Positions 8,856 to 18,592 are shown, counted from the stretch's first letter. The stretch is DNA of 44,538 nucleotides from an uncultured Planctomycetaceae bacterium (GCA_964646915.1 CAZYIH010000001.1:1-44538), one strand, 5' to 3'. Notes: a model not told the origin generated them from the sequence alone. Translations and numbers: made by a program.

Positions 8856-9974
8856 TTACATGACCTTCAGCTCGGCTTGGAGCTTGCCGGCCTTCTTGAG
8901 TGCCTGGAAAATCGAGATCAGGTCGCGCGGCGTCAGCCCCATCGCGTTCAGCGACCGGGCCAGGTCCGAAACGGACACCGGCTTGGGCAGCGCGAGGGTG
9001 TGCATCGGTCCCTCGTCCTCGATGGCGTGAATTTCCGTGCGGTGAAGTTTGACCGTCTCGCCGGTTTTGGAGAAAGGTTCGGGCTGCGAGGCGTAGTCCT
9101 TCTCCTTGCGGACCACCGAGAGGTTCCCGTGCGAGATCGCGCAATCGCTGATGGTGACATTCTCGCCGACGATGACCGTACCGGTCTTCTCGTTGATCAC
9201 GACGACGGCTTTGCTGTCGACCTCGACCTTGAGTTGCCCGATCGAGGCGATGAACTTCGTCACCGAACTTTTGGCGTCCTTCTTGTCCTTCTTGTCGACC
9301 TTGGGGAGCGTCACGCGGATGCTTCCGGCGTCGACGGCTTCGGCGGCGCCCTTGTATTTGGTGTTGATGGCTTCGGCGATCTTCCTGGACGTCGAGAAGT
9401 CGCTGTTGCGCAGCTGCAGGGTGACCTTGCCGTTCTCGACGTAGTTGGAAATCTCGTCGATTTCGATTGTCGCACCGCTGGGGACGTTGCCCACGGTGGT
9501 GTGGTTCTTCTGGACGCTGGCGGTTTGCCCCTGGGCGGAGAAGCCCCCCACGACCAACTCGCCCTGGGCGACGGCGTAGGTTTCCTTGTCCGCCCCGATC
9601 ATCGGCGTCATCAGCAGCGTCCCCCCCTGCAGGCTGGAGGCGTTGCCGATCGCAGAGACGGTCACGTCGATCTTGGTTCCCTTCCGCGCGAAGGGCGGAA
9701 GGGTGCCCGTGACGATCACGCTGGCGATGCTCTTGGAGCCCAGGTCATCCGGGTCCATGGTAATGCCCGAGCGTCGCAGAATGCTCGCGATGGTCTGCCG
9801 CGAGACCGGCGAATCGTCGCCCGTGCCCTGCAGGCCGATCACCAGCCCGTAGCCCATCAGCGGGTTGTCCCGCACGCCCTTGATGGTCACGATGTCCTTG
9901 ATGCGTTCAGCCGAGGCCGACCCGGCCGTCGCCAGAAGACACAGGATCAGTATGATGTGTTGCGTCCGTCGCAT
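8856..9974 (-). CDS. flgI: flagellar P-ring protein
   Basis: Signal peptide, then RIKDIVTIKGVRDNPLMGYGLVIGLQGTGD, the hallmark FlgI N-terminus. 372 aa. Confidence 0.95.
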   Translation of the reverse strand: MRRTQHIILILCLLATAGSASAERIKDIVTIKGVRDNPLMGYGLVIGLQGTGDDSPVSRQTIASILRRSGITMDPDDLGSKSIASVIVTGTLPPFARKGTKIDVTVSAIGNASSLQGGTLLMTPMIGADKETYAVAQGELVVGGFSAQGQTASVQKNHTTVGNVPSGATIEIDEISNYVENGKVTLQLRNSDFSTSRKIAEAINTKYKGAAEAVDAGSIRVTLPKVDKKDKKDAKSSVTKFIASIGQLKVEVDSKAVVVINEKTGTVIVGENVTISDCAISHGNLSVVRKEKDYASQPEPFSKTGETVKLHRTEIHAIEDEGPMHTLALPKPVSVSDLARSLNAMGLTPRDLISIFQALKKAGKLQAELKVM

Positions 9975-9994
9975 GGGAGTCCTTTCGTTGGGCC

Positions 9995-10639
9995 CTAGAA
10001 CGGGCTGATGAAGCTGAGCACCTGACCCAGCCAGCCCGGGCGGGTGTAGCGGTTCTCCCGGCCGGTGTGTTGGTAAACGATGTGGAAGTTCGCCACTCGG
10101 CTGGAGGCGATGTCATTGGAGTAGTTCACGTCGCTGGGACGCACGACCCCCGAGATCTGGATGACTTCCTTCTCTCCGTCCACCTCTCGGGTCCGCTTGC
10201 CCAGGACGATCAGATTTCCGTTGGGCAATACGTCTTCGACCAGTACGGTCATCTGGTCGACGAAGCTGCGGTCGGTCGTAACTTCCGACGAGCCGTCGAA
10301 CTCGCTGCTGGAGTCGATGTCGATGTCCAGTTCCGGCAGGTTGAACAGCTTGCCGGTCACCGCGTCGATCCCGCGGAGCAGGTCGAACTTCGCTCCACCG
10401 GTGATCTTGGTTCCGCGTTTGTCGGACTTGTCCATCGTCCGTGAGGATTCGGTCTCGATGCTGCTCTTCTCGTTGATGATGATCGTCAACACGTCGCCTA
10501 CGGCGCGGGCCTTGTCGTCCTGGTACGGGTTGCGCGTGCCCCGGTGGGCCCTGGCCCAGATGGACCCCGCCCAGCAGGCCGACGTCGCCAGAAGCAACGT
10601 CGCCGCAAGCAGGCAAATACGGATGGCTGGGAGTCTCAT
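9995..10639 (-). CDS. flgH: flagellar L-ring lipoprotein
   Basis: Signal peptide with Cys (LLLATSAC), then SIWA...NPYQDDKARAVGDVLTIIINEKS and VLPNGNLIVLGKRTREVDGEKEVIQISGVVRPSDV, typical of FlgH. Confidence 0.9.
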   Translation of the reverse strand: MRLPAIRICLLAATLLLATSACWAGSIWARAHRGTRNPYQDDKARAVGDVLTIIINEKSSIETESSRTMDKSDKRGTKITGGAKFDLLRGIDAVTGKLFNLPELDIDIDSSSEFDGSSEVTTDRSFVDQMTVLVEDVLPNGNLIVLGKRTREVDGEKEVIQISGVVRPSDVNYSNDIASSRVANFHIVYQHTGRENRYTRPGWLGQVLSFISPF

Positions 10640-10643
10640 GCTC

Positions 10644-11627
10644 TCACCTCTTCAGTACGGGAACCACGTAGCCGTCGGCGTTGACCCTGGCGACCACGAT
10701 TCGTTTGCTGTCGATGTTGCGGACCTTGATGAACTCGCCGGGCTTGCCGTCCTGCAACGCCTGCCCGGCGGCCCGCACGGCGAACCCCTCGCCCTCGATG
10801 CGCATCTCCACGCCCTGCCCCCGCTTGACGACCACCTTCTGGGCGGGCGAGCGGATCAGGTTGTCGCGGACCTCGCGACCTTTGCTGATTTTCCCGGTGG
10901 CGACCATGCCCCACGGCGGGGCGAACCGCCCCTGCGCCGGACGCAGCGACTCGATGGTCACCACCGTGGCGTTGTCGGTGCTGATCTTCTCGCCCGGCGA
11001 AATGTCCCGGGTGGCTATGACCTTCTGCACCAGGTGGCCCATCTTGAAGAGCACTTCGGTCTTGCCGAGCTCTTTGTCCTTCCGGCGGGCATGGATCACC
11101 ACCTTAGCGCAGCCGCTGGGGGCGCCGTCGGAGATGGTGGCTGTCAGCGTCACGCCCCTGGGCGACTGGACGATGAGGTCCTTGGGTTTCCGCATCAGCG
11201 ACCAGTAAGCGTTCTCGCCGGCGGGCTTGTTGGCGGCGAGGAACCTCCTCGCTGCGGTCACGATGCGTTCGGCGTCGACGGTGGTCTCGTCACGTTTCAC
11301 CGTGACGCTGGACGCTCCGGAGAAGGTGATGTCGTCGGCATCGAAGCCTGAAGACGCCAGCCGCGAGAGGATCGTTTTCCGATCCAGGACGATGTCCTCG
11401 CCCTTCCACGGAGCCCGACCCAGGGCGATCCTCTCGGCGGCGTTGGCGGTCTTGTCGTTGTCGCAGGAGACCAGGGCAACCTGCCCGAGCGTGAGCTTGT
11501 CGCTCTCGACCGTTCGCTCTCGCGGCAGGTAGATCCTGACCTCCTTGTCGGACGCGTCGCCGGCGAGGACTGCCGAAGCAGCCCACCCGAGCGTCACCAG
11601 CAGCAGAATGGCTTGTCGGTGTGTCAT
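10644..11627 (-). CDS. flgA: flagellar P-ring assembly chaperone FlgA
   Basis: Signal peptide, with a SAF/FlgA-type C-terminus (GEKISTDNATV..., VVVKRGQGVEMRIEGEGFAVRAAGQALQDGKPGEFIKVRN...VVARV). ATG at 11627 is preferred; a GTG at 11654 (GTGA overlap with the flgG stop) is the alternative. Confidence 0.8.
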   Translation of the reverse strand: MTHRQAILLLVTLGWAASAVLAGDASDKEVRIYLPRERTVESDKLTLGQVALVSCDNDKTANAAERIALGRAPWKGEDIVLDRKTILSRLASSGFDADDITFSGASSVTVKRDETTVDAERIVTAARRFLAANKPAGENAYWSLMRKPKDLIVQSPRGVTLTATISDGAPSGCAKVVIHARRKDKELGKTEVLFKMGHLVQKVIATRDISPGEKISTDNATVVTIESLRPAQGRFAPPWGMVATGKISKGREVRDNLIRSPAQKVVVKRGQGVEMRIEGEGFAVRAAGQALQDGKPGEFIKVRNIDSKRIVVARVNADGYVVPVLKR

Positions 11628-11650
11628 GGTGTAGCCTTTCGCGGCGTGAA

Positions 11651-12439
11651 TCACGTGATCAGACGGTTGGCGGTGGTGAGCATCTCGTCGCCGGCCTTGA
11701 TGGCCTTGGCGTTGACCTCGTAAGCCCGCTGGGCGGTGATGAGGTTCACCAGTTCCGAGACCATCTGGACGTTGGACTTCTCCAGGAAGCCCTGGCGGAT
11801 CGAGCCCAGCCCGTCGGAGCCCGGCGATCCGGTGGTGGGCGAACCCGAAGCGCCTGTCTCGGCGAAGAGGTTCTGCCCCTCGCTGGACAGCCCCGAGGGG
11901 TTCACGAAGCGAACCAGGTCGATTTTCCCCACGGCGGTATTCTGGTTGGAGTTGCCCTGCATGACGGTGACGGTTCCGTCGTCGCCGATGCTGACCGAGC
12001 GGGAATCCTGCGGGATGGTGATCTGCGGGGAGAGGTAATACCCGCTGGCGGTGACCAGCTTGCCCTCGGCGTTCAGCCGAAAGCTGCCGTCACGGGTGTA
12101 TCGCATCTCGCCGCTGGGCATCTCCACCTGGAAGAACCCCTCGCCCTGGATGGACATATCCAGCGGGCGGGAGGTGGCCTGCGCCTCGCCCTGGGTGAAG
12201 ACCTTCAGCGTGGCGGCCGTCCGGACGCCGTTGCCGATCTCCAGGCCCGTCGGCGCCTTCTGCCCCGAGGCCACGTCTCGGCCGGCTTCGAGCAGCTTGA
12301 CGTACATGAGGTCCTGGAAGTCCACCTGGGACCGCTTGAACCCGTTGGTGTTGATGTTCGCGAGGTTGTTGGAGATGACGCCCACAATCTGGTCCTGGGC
12401 GGCCATTCCTGTCGCGGCGGAGGAAAACGCTCGTAGCAT
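11651..12439 (-). CDS. flgG: flagellar distal rod protein
   Basis: MLRAFSSAATGMAAQDQIVGVISNNLANINTNGFKRS... and the C-terminus GFLEKSNVQMVSELVNLITAQRAYEVNAKAIKAGDEML. 262 aa, canonical FlgG. Confidence 0.95.
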   Translation of the reverse strand: MLRAFSSAATGMAAQDQIVGVISNNLANINTNGFKRSQVDFQDLMYVKLLEAGRDVASGQKAPTGLEIGNGVRTAATLKVFTQGEAQATSRPLDMSIQGEGFFQVEMPSGEMRYTRDGSFRLNAEGKLVTASGYYLSPQITIPQDSRSVSIGDDGTVTVMQGNSNQNTAVGKIDLVRFVNPSGLSSEGQNLFAETGASGSPTTGSPGSDGLGSIRQGFLEKSNVQMVSELVNLITAQRAYEVNAKAIKAGDEMLTTANRLIT

Positions 12440-12457
12440 GATTCACTCTCCTGTGGA

Positions 12458-13189
12458 CTACATCGCCGCCTGCATCAGCGTGCGGAGACGTTCGTCCTGT
12501 TTTTTCATCATTTTGGTATTGGCTTCGTACATTCGGGTCACCCGCATGAGATCCACGAGCTCCTCGACCATGTTCACGTTGGACTTCTCGGAATATCCCT
12601 GGTGCACCACGGGGTTTTCGAGTTCGTCGGGTTTGATGTCCTCGTCGGTTACCCGGTAGCACCCGTCGCCTTCCGGCGCGAGCACCTTGACGTCCTCGAA
12701 GCCCACGACCTTCATCTTGCCGACTTCTCTGCCGGCGACGTTGATGGTTCCGTCCTGGCTGATGGCGACCTGGCTGAGGGGGTAACGATCGGGGATGTTG
12801 ATCGGTCCGCCCTCGCCGGCAACGGTTCGCCCGCGGAAGTCCACCAGCTTGCCGTTCTCGTCGGTGCGGAAGGTTCCGTTGCGGGTGTAGCGGTCGCCGT
12901 CGGGGGTTTCGATCACGAAGAACCCCTCCCCGTCGATCGCCACGTCGAGCTTCCGCCCGGTGTGGTGCATCGGCCCCTGCGAGAAATCGATGTCGTTTCG
13001 CGCCTGCACCTCGTTCACGAGCGGCTCACCGGAGACGGCCCCCATTCGCTGCATGAGCTTCTGGGAGAAGCTGTTGACGTCCCGCTTGAAGCCCGCCGTG
13101 TTGACGTTGGCCATGTTGTGGGCGATGGCGCGGTACTGCAGCGCCAAGCCCTGCAGGCTCGATGCCGATGGTGAAAAGCTGTTGTTCAT
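12458..13189 (-). CDS. flgF: flagellar proximal rod protein
   Basis: Rod-family N-terminus (AIAHNMANVNTAGFKRD) and C-terminus (GYSEKSNVNMVEELVDLMRVTRMYEANTKMM). 243 aa, immediately upstream of flgG. Confidence 0.85.
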   Translation of the reverse strand: MNNSFSPSASSLQGLALQYRAIAHNMANVNTAGFKRDVNSFSQKLMQRMGAVSGEPLVNEVQARNDIDFSQGPMHHTGRKLDVAIDGEGFFVIETPDGDRYTRNGTFRTDENGKLVDFRGRTVAGEGGPINIPDRYPLSQVAISQDGTINVAGREVGKMKVVGFEDVKVLAPEGDGCYRVTDEDIKPDELENPVVHQGYSEKSNVNMVEELVDLMRVTRMYEANTKMMKKQDERLRTLMQAAM

Positions 13190-14307
13190 GACGTTACCTC
13201 GTCACCGGCGGCGACAGGATCGCTCGCCGGGGTTCGGAACTCGGCCTGCCGACGGGCGGCCTGGTTGGTTTCGCGAGTCAGGTCGGCGATCTCCGCCTCG
13301 TTGAGCCCCATCATCTCGGCCACGAACAGCCATCGACCTTCCGTGGACGTCGGGGCCGAGCGAAGCACGCGCCCGGTGGTCTCGATGACCTTGTCCGGAT
13401 GCATCTCGACGTGAACCAGCACGCGGTAGTTGGGTTTCACTTCCATCGGAACATCCAGCACAAACCCCGGGCCCGCCAGTTCCATCAGCCGACCGGGGAC
13501 GTACTCCGGCTGGGTGTCCAGCGAGTCCTGCAGGTACGGCAGCAGGGCGATCTGGGCGGGCATGTTCACGGCGATCCGTGGGAACGAGCGGCGATTGATC
13601 GGGCGGATCCGTTCGGAATGGTCCAGGTACAGGTTGCCGTCCTGGTAGGTGATCACCCGCGAGTCGAACTCCCAGATGATCCCGTTGTGGGAATACCGCA
13701 CGACCAGGGCCTGCCCGTCGCGGAAGACGGCCATCTTCTTGAGATTCACGATCAGACGATTGTCCGTCACGCCCGCGAGTTCGCCTTCGATCTCGGGCTT
13801 TTCGGGATCCACGAGGATCGAGACGCTTCCGCCCGTGGCGCACTGGCGTGTGGTGGGTCCTTCCGAGAGACGCTTCTCGCTGAAGGAGAGCTTCTCCCGC
13901 ACCAGTTGCAGCTGCGCGTCGATGGCGTTGCGGGCCGTGGCGGGCAGCACGGAGTACCGCTCGCTGTCGTGAAGCCGATCGATGGACGTCTCGAAGGCGT
14001 CGCGGTCGAACAGCAGCGGCGGGTAGCTCACCCCGGCCACGTCGATGACCAGCCGGAGGGCCTGCTGCTCGGCGTCCCGCAGACCGTTGGACCGGCAGAG
14101 CTGGTGGAACTCGTCCCACGCGTGTTTCTCGTTGTATCGCTGGTAGAGCTTCCAGACCCCGTAGATCGTAACGCCCAGCAGGACCAGTCCCGCCACCATA
14201 ACCCACCAGGGGGTCGAGGCGAACAGGCCCTGCCTTGCTCCCTCCCAACGGTCCAGCGCGTTGGCAGCGAGTGTCAGCGTTGTCGAGTTGAGTCCCGCGG
14301 TGGTCAT
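13186..14307 (-). CDS. membrane-anchored PilZ-domain protein (YcgR/FlgZ-like, 373 aa)
   Basis: One N-terminal TM helix (WWVMVAGLVLLGVTIYGVW). PilZ RxxxR motif (RRSFPR), followed ~30 aa later by a degenerate D/NxSxxG motif (ELAGPG). A beta-rich YcgR-N-like segment lies upstream. ATGA overlap with the flgF start. Confidence 0.65.
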   Translation of the reverse strand: MTTAGLNSTTLTLAANALDRWEGARQGLFASTPWWVMVAGLVLLGVTIYGVWKLYQRYNEKHAWDEFHQLCRSNGLRDAEQQALRLVIDVAGVSYPPLLFDRDAFETSIDRLHDSERYSVLPATARNAIDAQLQLVREKLSFSEKRLSEGPTTRQCATGGSVSILVDPEKPEIEGELAGVTDNRLIVNLKKMAVFRDGQALVVRYSHNGIIWEFDSRVITYQDGNLYLDHSERIRPINRRSFPRIAVNMPAQIALLPYLQDSLDTQPEYVPGRLMELAGPGFVLDVPMEVKPNYRVLVHVEMHPDKVIETTGRVLRSAPTSTEGRWLFVAEMMGLNEAEIADLTRETNQAARRQAEFRTPASDPVAAGDEVTS

Positions 14308-14328
14308 GGTGTCATTCCCGTCCTGGCG

Positions 14329-15996
14329 TTACCGGATGAGGTTCGTCAGTTCCTTGAGCATGTCGTTGGCCACGCGGATGGTCCGGGCGTTGGCCTGGTA
14401 GCCGTTCTGAGCCTGGATGAGCGTGACGAACTCTTTGGCGACGTCGACGTTGGACTTCTCCAGGGCGCTTCCCCGGATGGCGCCCGCTCCGCCGGTCAGG
14501 GCGTTGGTGGTCTTCGGGTCGCCGGAGTTTCCGGTTGCCTGGTAGTAGTTGTTGCCGATGCTCTCCAGGCCGGCGGGGTTCTGGAACGTCGCCATCTTCA
14601 CCGTGGAGATGTCGCGACGCACACCGTTGGAGAACAGCCCCGTGACGACCCCGTCCCGCGAGATCGACAGGCTGCTCAGCGAGCCGGAGGCGAAGCCGTC
14701 CTGCTTGATGACCGACGCCGTCGAGGCCGATCCGAACTGCGTCAGGCCGTTGGTCCTGCCGATGTCGCCGCAGTCGACCGCGAAGGCCGAGACGTTTCCG
14801 ATGTTGGCGAAGGTCACGTTGATCTCGGGCGAATCGCCGATGATCGAGTCCATGCCCATGTACGTTCCGTCCGTGCCGAAGTTGATGCCTTTCACGCGGC
14901 GGTCGTCAAAGTCGAAGGTCTGGACGTCGCCCGTGATGGAAGTAGCCACGAAGTCCCACTGGTTGTTCGTGTTGGTCTTTACGAACGATCCGGTGATCGC
15001 GTGGGAAATTCCCAGCGTGTCGAACACCTCGACGTTGACGTCTTTCTTGGCCTCGCCACCGGCGACCTCGATCTGCCAGTAGGGGGGCAGCTCGAAACTG
15101 TCCCCGGCAACGCCGGAATAGCTGAGGTTCAGGTCCATCTGGCTGTAGCCGGCGTCGTCGGCTTCGACAATGACCTCGCCGTTGGACAGGAACGCGTTGA
15201 CGTCCGTTCCCGCCGTGGAGAAGGTGTTCTCAATGAAGTCCAGCAGGTCCTGCCCCGTCGTGGTCAGGTCCACCGCCAGCGTGTCAGTGACGTTGTTGCC
15301 GTCCCTGTCCAGTCCCGTCAGCGACAGCGTGCCCGCACCGGTGATGTTGGTATTGTCCAGGCTCGCCAGGGTGGCGGTTGCGTCGGTGGTGGATCCGCTG
15401 ATGGTGAACGCGTAGTCGGTCCCGGCCCGCATCTTGTGCGTGGTGGGGGCGTCGGCGTCGGCCTGCAGGTTCCCCACGCAGGTGATCTGCGTGGTCGGCG
15501 CAGCCGGCAGGGCCACGTCGTATGGAATGCGGATGCCCATGTCTCCGGGCCGCTGGAAGCCATCGCTCTCGCCCGTCGAGTCGATCCGCTGGAGACGGTA
15601 GCCCGTCGAGGGGTCCACGAGGTAGTAATCGGCGTCCACGCTGAACGTGCCTGCCCGCGAATACGCCTCGCCGTTGCTGCCGTTCATCACGAAGAAGCCC
15701 GCACCCTCGATCGCCATGTCCAGCGCCTGGCCGGTGTTCACCAGCGCGCCCTGGTTCATGTCGCGGTCGATGCTCGAAACCTCCACGCCGTTGCCGCTCT
15801 GGACGGGGTTCATACCGCCCATCCCGTCGGCGGGGGCGCTCGCTTGGCGGATGGTCTGGCTGAGCAGCTCCGAGAAGCTCGCCCGGCTGGACTTGAAGGC
15901 CGTCGTGTTCACGTTGGCGAGGTTGTTGCCCGCCACGTCCATCATGCTCTGGTGCGCCTTGAGTCCTGAGACGCCCGCGTTCAGTGCATTACCCAT
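14329..15996 (-). CDS. flgE: flagellar hook protein
   Basis: N-terminus ALNAGVSGLKAHQSMMDVAGNNLANVNTTAFKSSRASF and C-terminus GSALEKSNVDVAKEFVTLIQAQNGYQANARTIRVANDMLKELTNLIR. 555 aa. Confidence 0.93.
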   Translation of the reverse strand: MGNALNAGVSGLKAHQSMMDVAGNNLANVNTTAFKSSRASFSELLSQTIRQASAPADGMGGMNPVQSGNGVEVSSIDRDMNQGALVNTGQALDMAIEGAGFFVMNGSNGEAYSRAGTFSVDADYYLVDPSTGYRLQRIDSTGESDGFQRPGDMGIRIPYDVALPAAPTTQITCVGNLQADADAPTTHKMRAGTDYAFTISGSTTDATATLASLDNTNITGAGTLSLTGLDRDGNNVTDTLAVDLTTTGQDLLDFIENTFSTAGTDVNAFLSNGEVIVEADDAGYSQMDLNLSYSGVAGDSFELPPYWQIEVAGGEAKKDVNVEVFDTLGISHAITGSFVKTNTNNQWDFVATSITGDVQTFDFDDRRVKGINFGTDGTYMGMDSIIGDSPEINVTFANIGNVSAFAVDCGDIGRTNGLTQFGSASTASVIKQDGFASGSLSSLSISRDGVVTGLFSNGVRRDISTVKMATFQNPAGLESIGNNYYQATGNSGDPKTTNALTGGAGAIRGSALEKSNVDVAKEFVTLIQAQNGYQANARTIRVANDMLKELTNLIR

Positions 15997-16027
15997 GGTG
16001 TTCTATCCTCTTGGTGTCCTGAAAGGT

Positions 16028-16639
16028 TTACGATCCGATGCTGATGATCTGATTGGGTTCGATTTCGTACTTTTCCATCCCGTTGCTCGCCACGAAGCGA
16101 ATCTCGCCTTGCTCCAGACGCACACTGGAAATCGTGCCCGTCTTCTCCAGCGTGATATCCGCGTTCTCCGGAGAGGCGACGGCGTACTTGACGCTCTTGC
16201 CGATCAATGCCGCTCCCTGCGCCAAGGCCGAGCTGACCGGATCACGCCCGACCGAGTAGATCTCGTCGGAGGTGATCTCGTCGCCGTTGTCCAGGTACGC
16301 CCGGAGCTGTCCGTCCTCCAGCGCCACCGCCCCGACCGTAGCCATCCGCGGCACGTCGATGGTCTTGCCGTCCGCGTCGGTCGACTCGGCGAGGTAAGTG
16401 ATATCCTTGCCCGTCAGGTCCAGCGCCTCCTGCAGCATGGTGGAGTCCAGAACCTTCTTGAAGTTGTTGTTCATCTGCTCGGTCTGCTCGAGCGACGAGA
16501 GCTGCGCCAACTGACCGGCCATGTCCTGGTTGTCCATGGGCTCCAGGGGGTTCTGGTTCTGGAGCTGGGCAACCAGCAGGTTGAGATAGTTGGTTGTGAT
16601 TTCCTGGGAGTTCTGTCCCAGTGCCTGTACCTGGCTCAT
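16028..16639 (-). CDS. flgD: flagellar hook capping/assembly protein
   Basis: YLNLLVAQLQNQNPLEPMDNQDMAGQLAQLSSLEQ is the FlgD N-domain signature. Located directly upstream of flgE. Confidence 0.9.
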   Translation of the reverse strand: MSQVQALGQNSQEITTNYLNLLVAQLQNQNPLEPMDNQDMAGQLAQLSSLEQTEQMNNNFKKVLDSTMLQEALDLTGKDITYLAESTDADGKTIDVPRMATVGAVALEDGQLRAYLDNGDEITSDEIYSVGRDPVSSALAQGAALIGKSVKYAVASPENADITLEKTGTISSVRLEQGEIRFVASNGMEKYEIEPNQIISIGS

Positions 16640-16647
16640 GGTTCACC

Positions 16648-18282
16648 TCACATCATTACGTTGATGGATCCGTCGGCTTCGCCGGTGGGCGAGGCGTCGG
16701 GTTTGTCCTGGGGTTCGTTGGTCGTCTCCCCCGCCGAGGCGGGTTGCTGGTCGTTGTCTCCCGCGTCGGCCTCGCCGTCGCGCCCGCGGGCGCCGCCGGA
16801 GTGGTCCTGGGCTTCCTGCGGGTTGGCGTTCTGCTGGGCCTGACCGTCGGCGGGGTCGTGCATCGGTCGCTCGCCGCTCTGCTCGGTCGGCTGGATGTCC
16901 ACGCGGCGCACCTGGATGCCCGCCTCGGTCAGGCGGTTGATGAGCGTCTGGGCTTCGCGCTGCAGATCGCCGAGTGTCTGGGCGTTGTCGGTGCGGATCA
17001 TGGCCCGCAGGCCGCCGGCGTCCATCTCCAGCGAGATGCGCACCTGCCCCAGTTCCGGCGGGTCCAGACGAATCACCATCGAATCGCCCGCGCCTCGCAG
17101 GTTTCCCCGCATCTGCGCGAAGACCTGGTCTGCCGGCGAAACCTCGCCGGCCCCCTCGGCCGACGCGCTCGCCGGGGCGGACTGGGCTGCCGTCGCCGCC
17201 GTCGCGATCGTCGGAGTCCCAACCGTCGAGGCCGACTGGCTGGCCTGCGAGACCGTCTCGATGGTCGTCTCAAAGGTCTGTTCGTCGCTGCCCGGGGCGG
17301 TGGCGGTGGCGGCATCCCGGCCGGCGGGGTTGGCGGCTGCGGCGTTGAGAACGAATCGTCCCTGTCCGTCATCCCGCGATTGCCCATCGCCGGTCTGCTG
17401 ACCGGTAGCGCCTTGGCCGGCCTGCACCCCGCCGTCAACGGCAGCACTCGGCTGGGCCAGTCCTGAACTGATCTTCGACTCGCCCTCGCCCTGGTCGGCC
17501 TGGGTCTTCTCGGCGACTTCGCCGGCGGCGTGGGGCGCGTCCTTCTGAATGTTCTTCGCGGAGGCGGCTGCGGGGTCGGCTTTGCCCTGCGCGACGCCCT
17601 CCTCGCCCTTTGCGTTGCCGGCGTGGGGTGCCTCGGCCTTGGGCGCGTCGGCAACCTGCTTGCCGTCGACGGGCTTCTTGCCGTCGGCCGACTTGTCGGT
17701 CGCGTCCGCCGGCGCTGGTTGGCCGGTATCCTTAACGAGCAATTGGCCCGCCTTCACGCCGCCGGGGGTCTCGGGCGTTTCGGCGTTCTTAGCTTTGGCT
17801 TGCTGTCCGAGAGCAGCGAGGACGGCACGATGCACGCCATCCGGGGCATCTTCCGCTGTCGTCGTCTGGCCGGTGAGGGCACTGAGCGAAACCGTCTTCT
17901 GGGCGGACTTCTCGCCGCTTACCTGCTCGGCGGTCGCAAGGGCGGCCTGCAGCAGGGCGGTCTTGGAGGGCTTGGCGTTGTCGGCCTTGCCGTCCTTGCC
18001 GGCGTTGGGTTGGTTCCGCTCCATGGCTTTACGGACGTGGCTGCGGAAGCTCCCCTCGTCGTCGGTTGCCTTGGACTCGTCGCCGTTGTCGCGATCGTCA
18101 TCGGTTCTGGCGGCCGTCCGGTCGGTTTTGCTCTGGTCGCGCCGGCGGATGGCGTCGTCGTCCACCTCCCGCGTCCGAGGGTTGGATTCATCTGTATAGT
18201 TCCGCCGTGGCGTCGTTACAGGACGCACGGCGGCCGGCGGTTCGCTCGACACCAGTTGGGCAAGGCTGCTCATCTCGCTCAT
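16648..18282 (-). CDS. fliK: flagellar hook-length control protein
   Basis: Internal ATG at 18282 (AAGGA SD 8 nt upstream) in ORF 16648..18483. Long Ala/Pro/Asp/Lys-rich disordered body, with a C-terminal Flg_hook domain (MVIRLDPPELGQVRISLEMDAGGLRAMIRTDNAQT...LINRLTEAGIQV). Confidence 0.8.
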   Translation of the reverse strand: MSEMSSLAQLVSSEPPAAVRPVTTPRRNYTDESNPRTREVDDDAIRRRDQSKTDRTAARTDDDRDNGDESKATDDEGSFRSHVRKAMERNQPNAGKDGKADNAKPSKTALLQAALATAEQVSGEKSAQKTVSLSALTGQTTTAEDAPDGVHRAVLAALGQQAKAKNAETPETPGGVKAGQLLVKDTGQPAPADATDKSADGKKPVDGKQVADAPKAEAPHAGNAKGEEGVAQGKADPAAASAKNIQKDAPHAAGEVAEKTQADQGEGESKISSGLAQPSAAVDGGVQAGQGATGQQTGDGQSRDDGQGRFVLNAAAANPAGRDAATATAPGSDEQTFETTIETVSQASQSASTVGTPTIATAATAAQSAPASASAEGAGEVSPADQVFAQMRGNLRGAGDSMVIRLDPPELGQVRISLEMDAGGLRAMIRTDNAQTLGDLQREAQTLINRLTEAGIQVRRVDIQPTEQSGERPMHDPADGQAQQNANPQEAQDHSGGARGRDGEADAGDNDQQPASAGETTNEPQDKPDASPTGEADGSINVMM

Positions 18283-18328
18283 GCTGCAGTTCCTTTCCAG
18301 ATGACACGGAACGCGTCGCCCCTCTCCA

Positions 18329-18344
18329 TGCAAAGGGTGTGCCA
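18329..18344 (-). promoter_or_regulatory. sigma54 -24/-12 promoter of the fliK-to-flgL operon
   Basis: Minus strand reads TGGCACacccTTTGCA, a full match to TGGCAC-N5-TTGCA. It lies ~47 nt upstream of the fliK ATG. Confidence 0.65.
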
Positions 18345-18371
18345 GTCGGGTGGGCAAGTTCTGCGGGAATC

Positions 18372-18592
18372 TGTAAAACGCCCGAAAACGTACCTTTACA
18401 CGCCCGCGTCCCACCCGGGCACCGGGCGGAGTCCGCTCCCGCACGGAAAGAACCACCGGAACTTTCTTCCGGACCTCCCCCACGGCCGGGCCAAGCGTGC
18501 ATCCATATATAGAGGAAAGGGCTGGGCCCTCCCCGGCGGCTGACCCCGGGGGGATCTCTCACGCCCGGATACCGGCAGAATGTTCCGGCAGA
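18372..18592. promoter_or_regulatory. candidate enhancer (UAS)/bending region between the divergent sigma54 promoters
   Basis: The heptamer ACGCCCG occurs three times (18378, 18400, 18561). TGTAAA-N17-TTTACA inverted repeat at 18372-18400. Palindrome CCGGAActttcTTCCGG at 18456-18472. Direct repeat CCGGCAGA-N5-CCGGCAGA at 18572-18592. AT-rich patches (catatatag ~18511; 18764-18790) sit in an otherwise GC-rich context. Confidence 0.3.

Noticed and set aside
13399-15969. 856-aa ORF on the plus strand
   Set aside because: It is antisense to the PilZ gene and flgE. The composition is Val/Gly/Arg/Asp-biased without motifs, no SD or promoter context was seen, and the minus-strand genes are clearly real.
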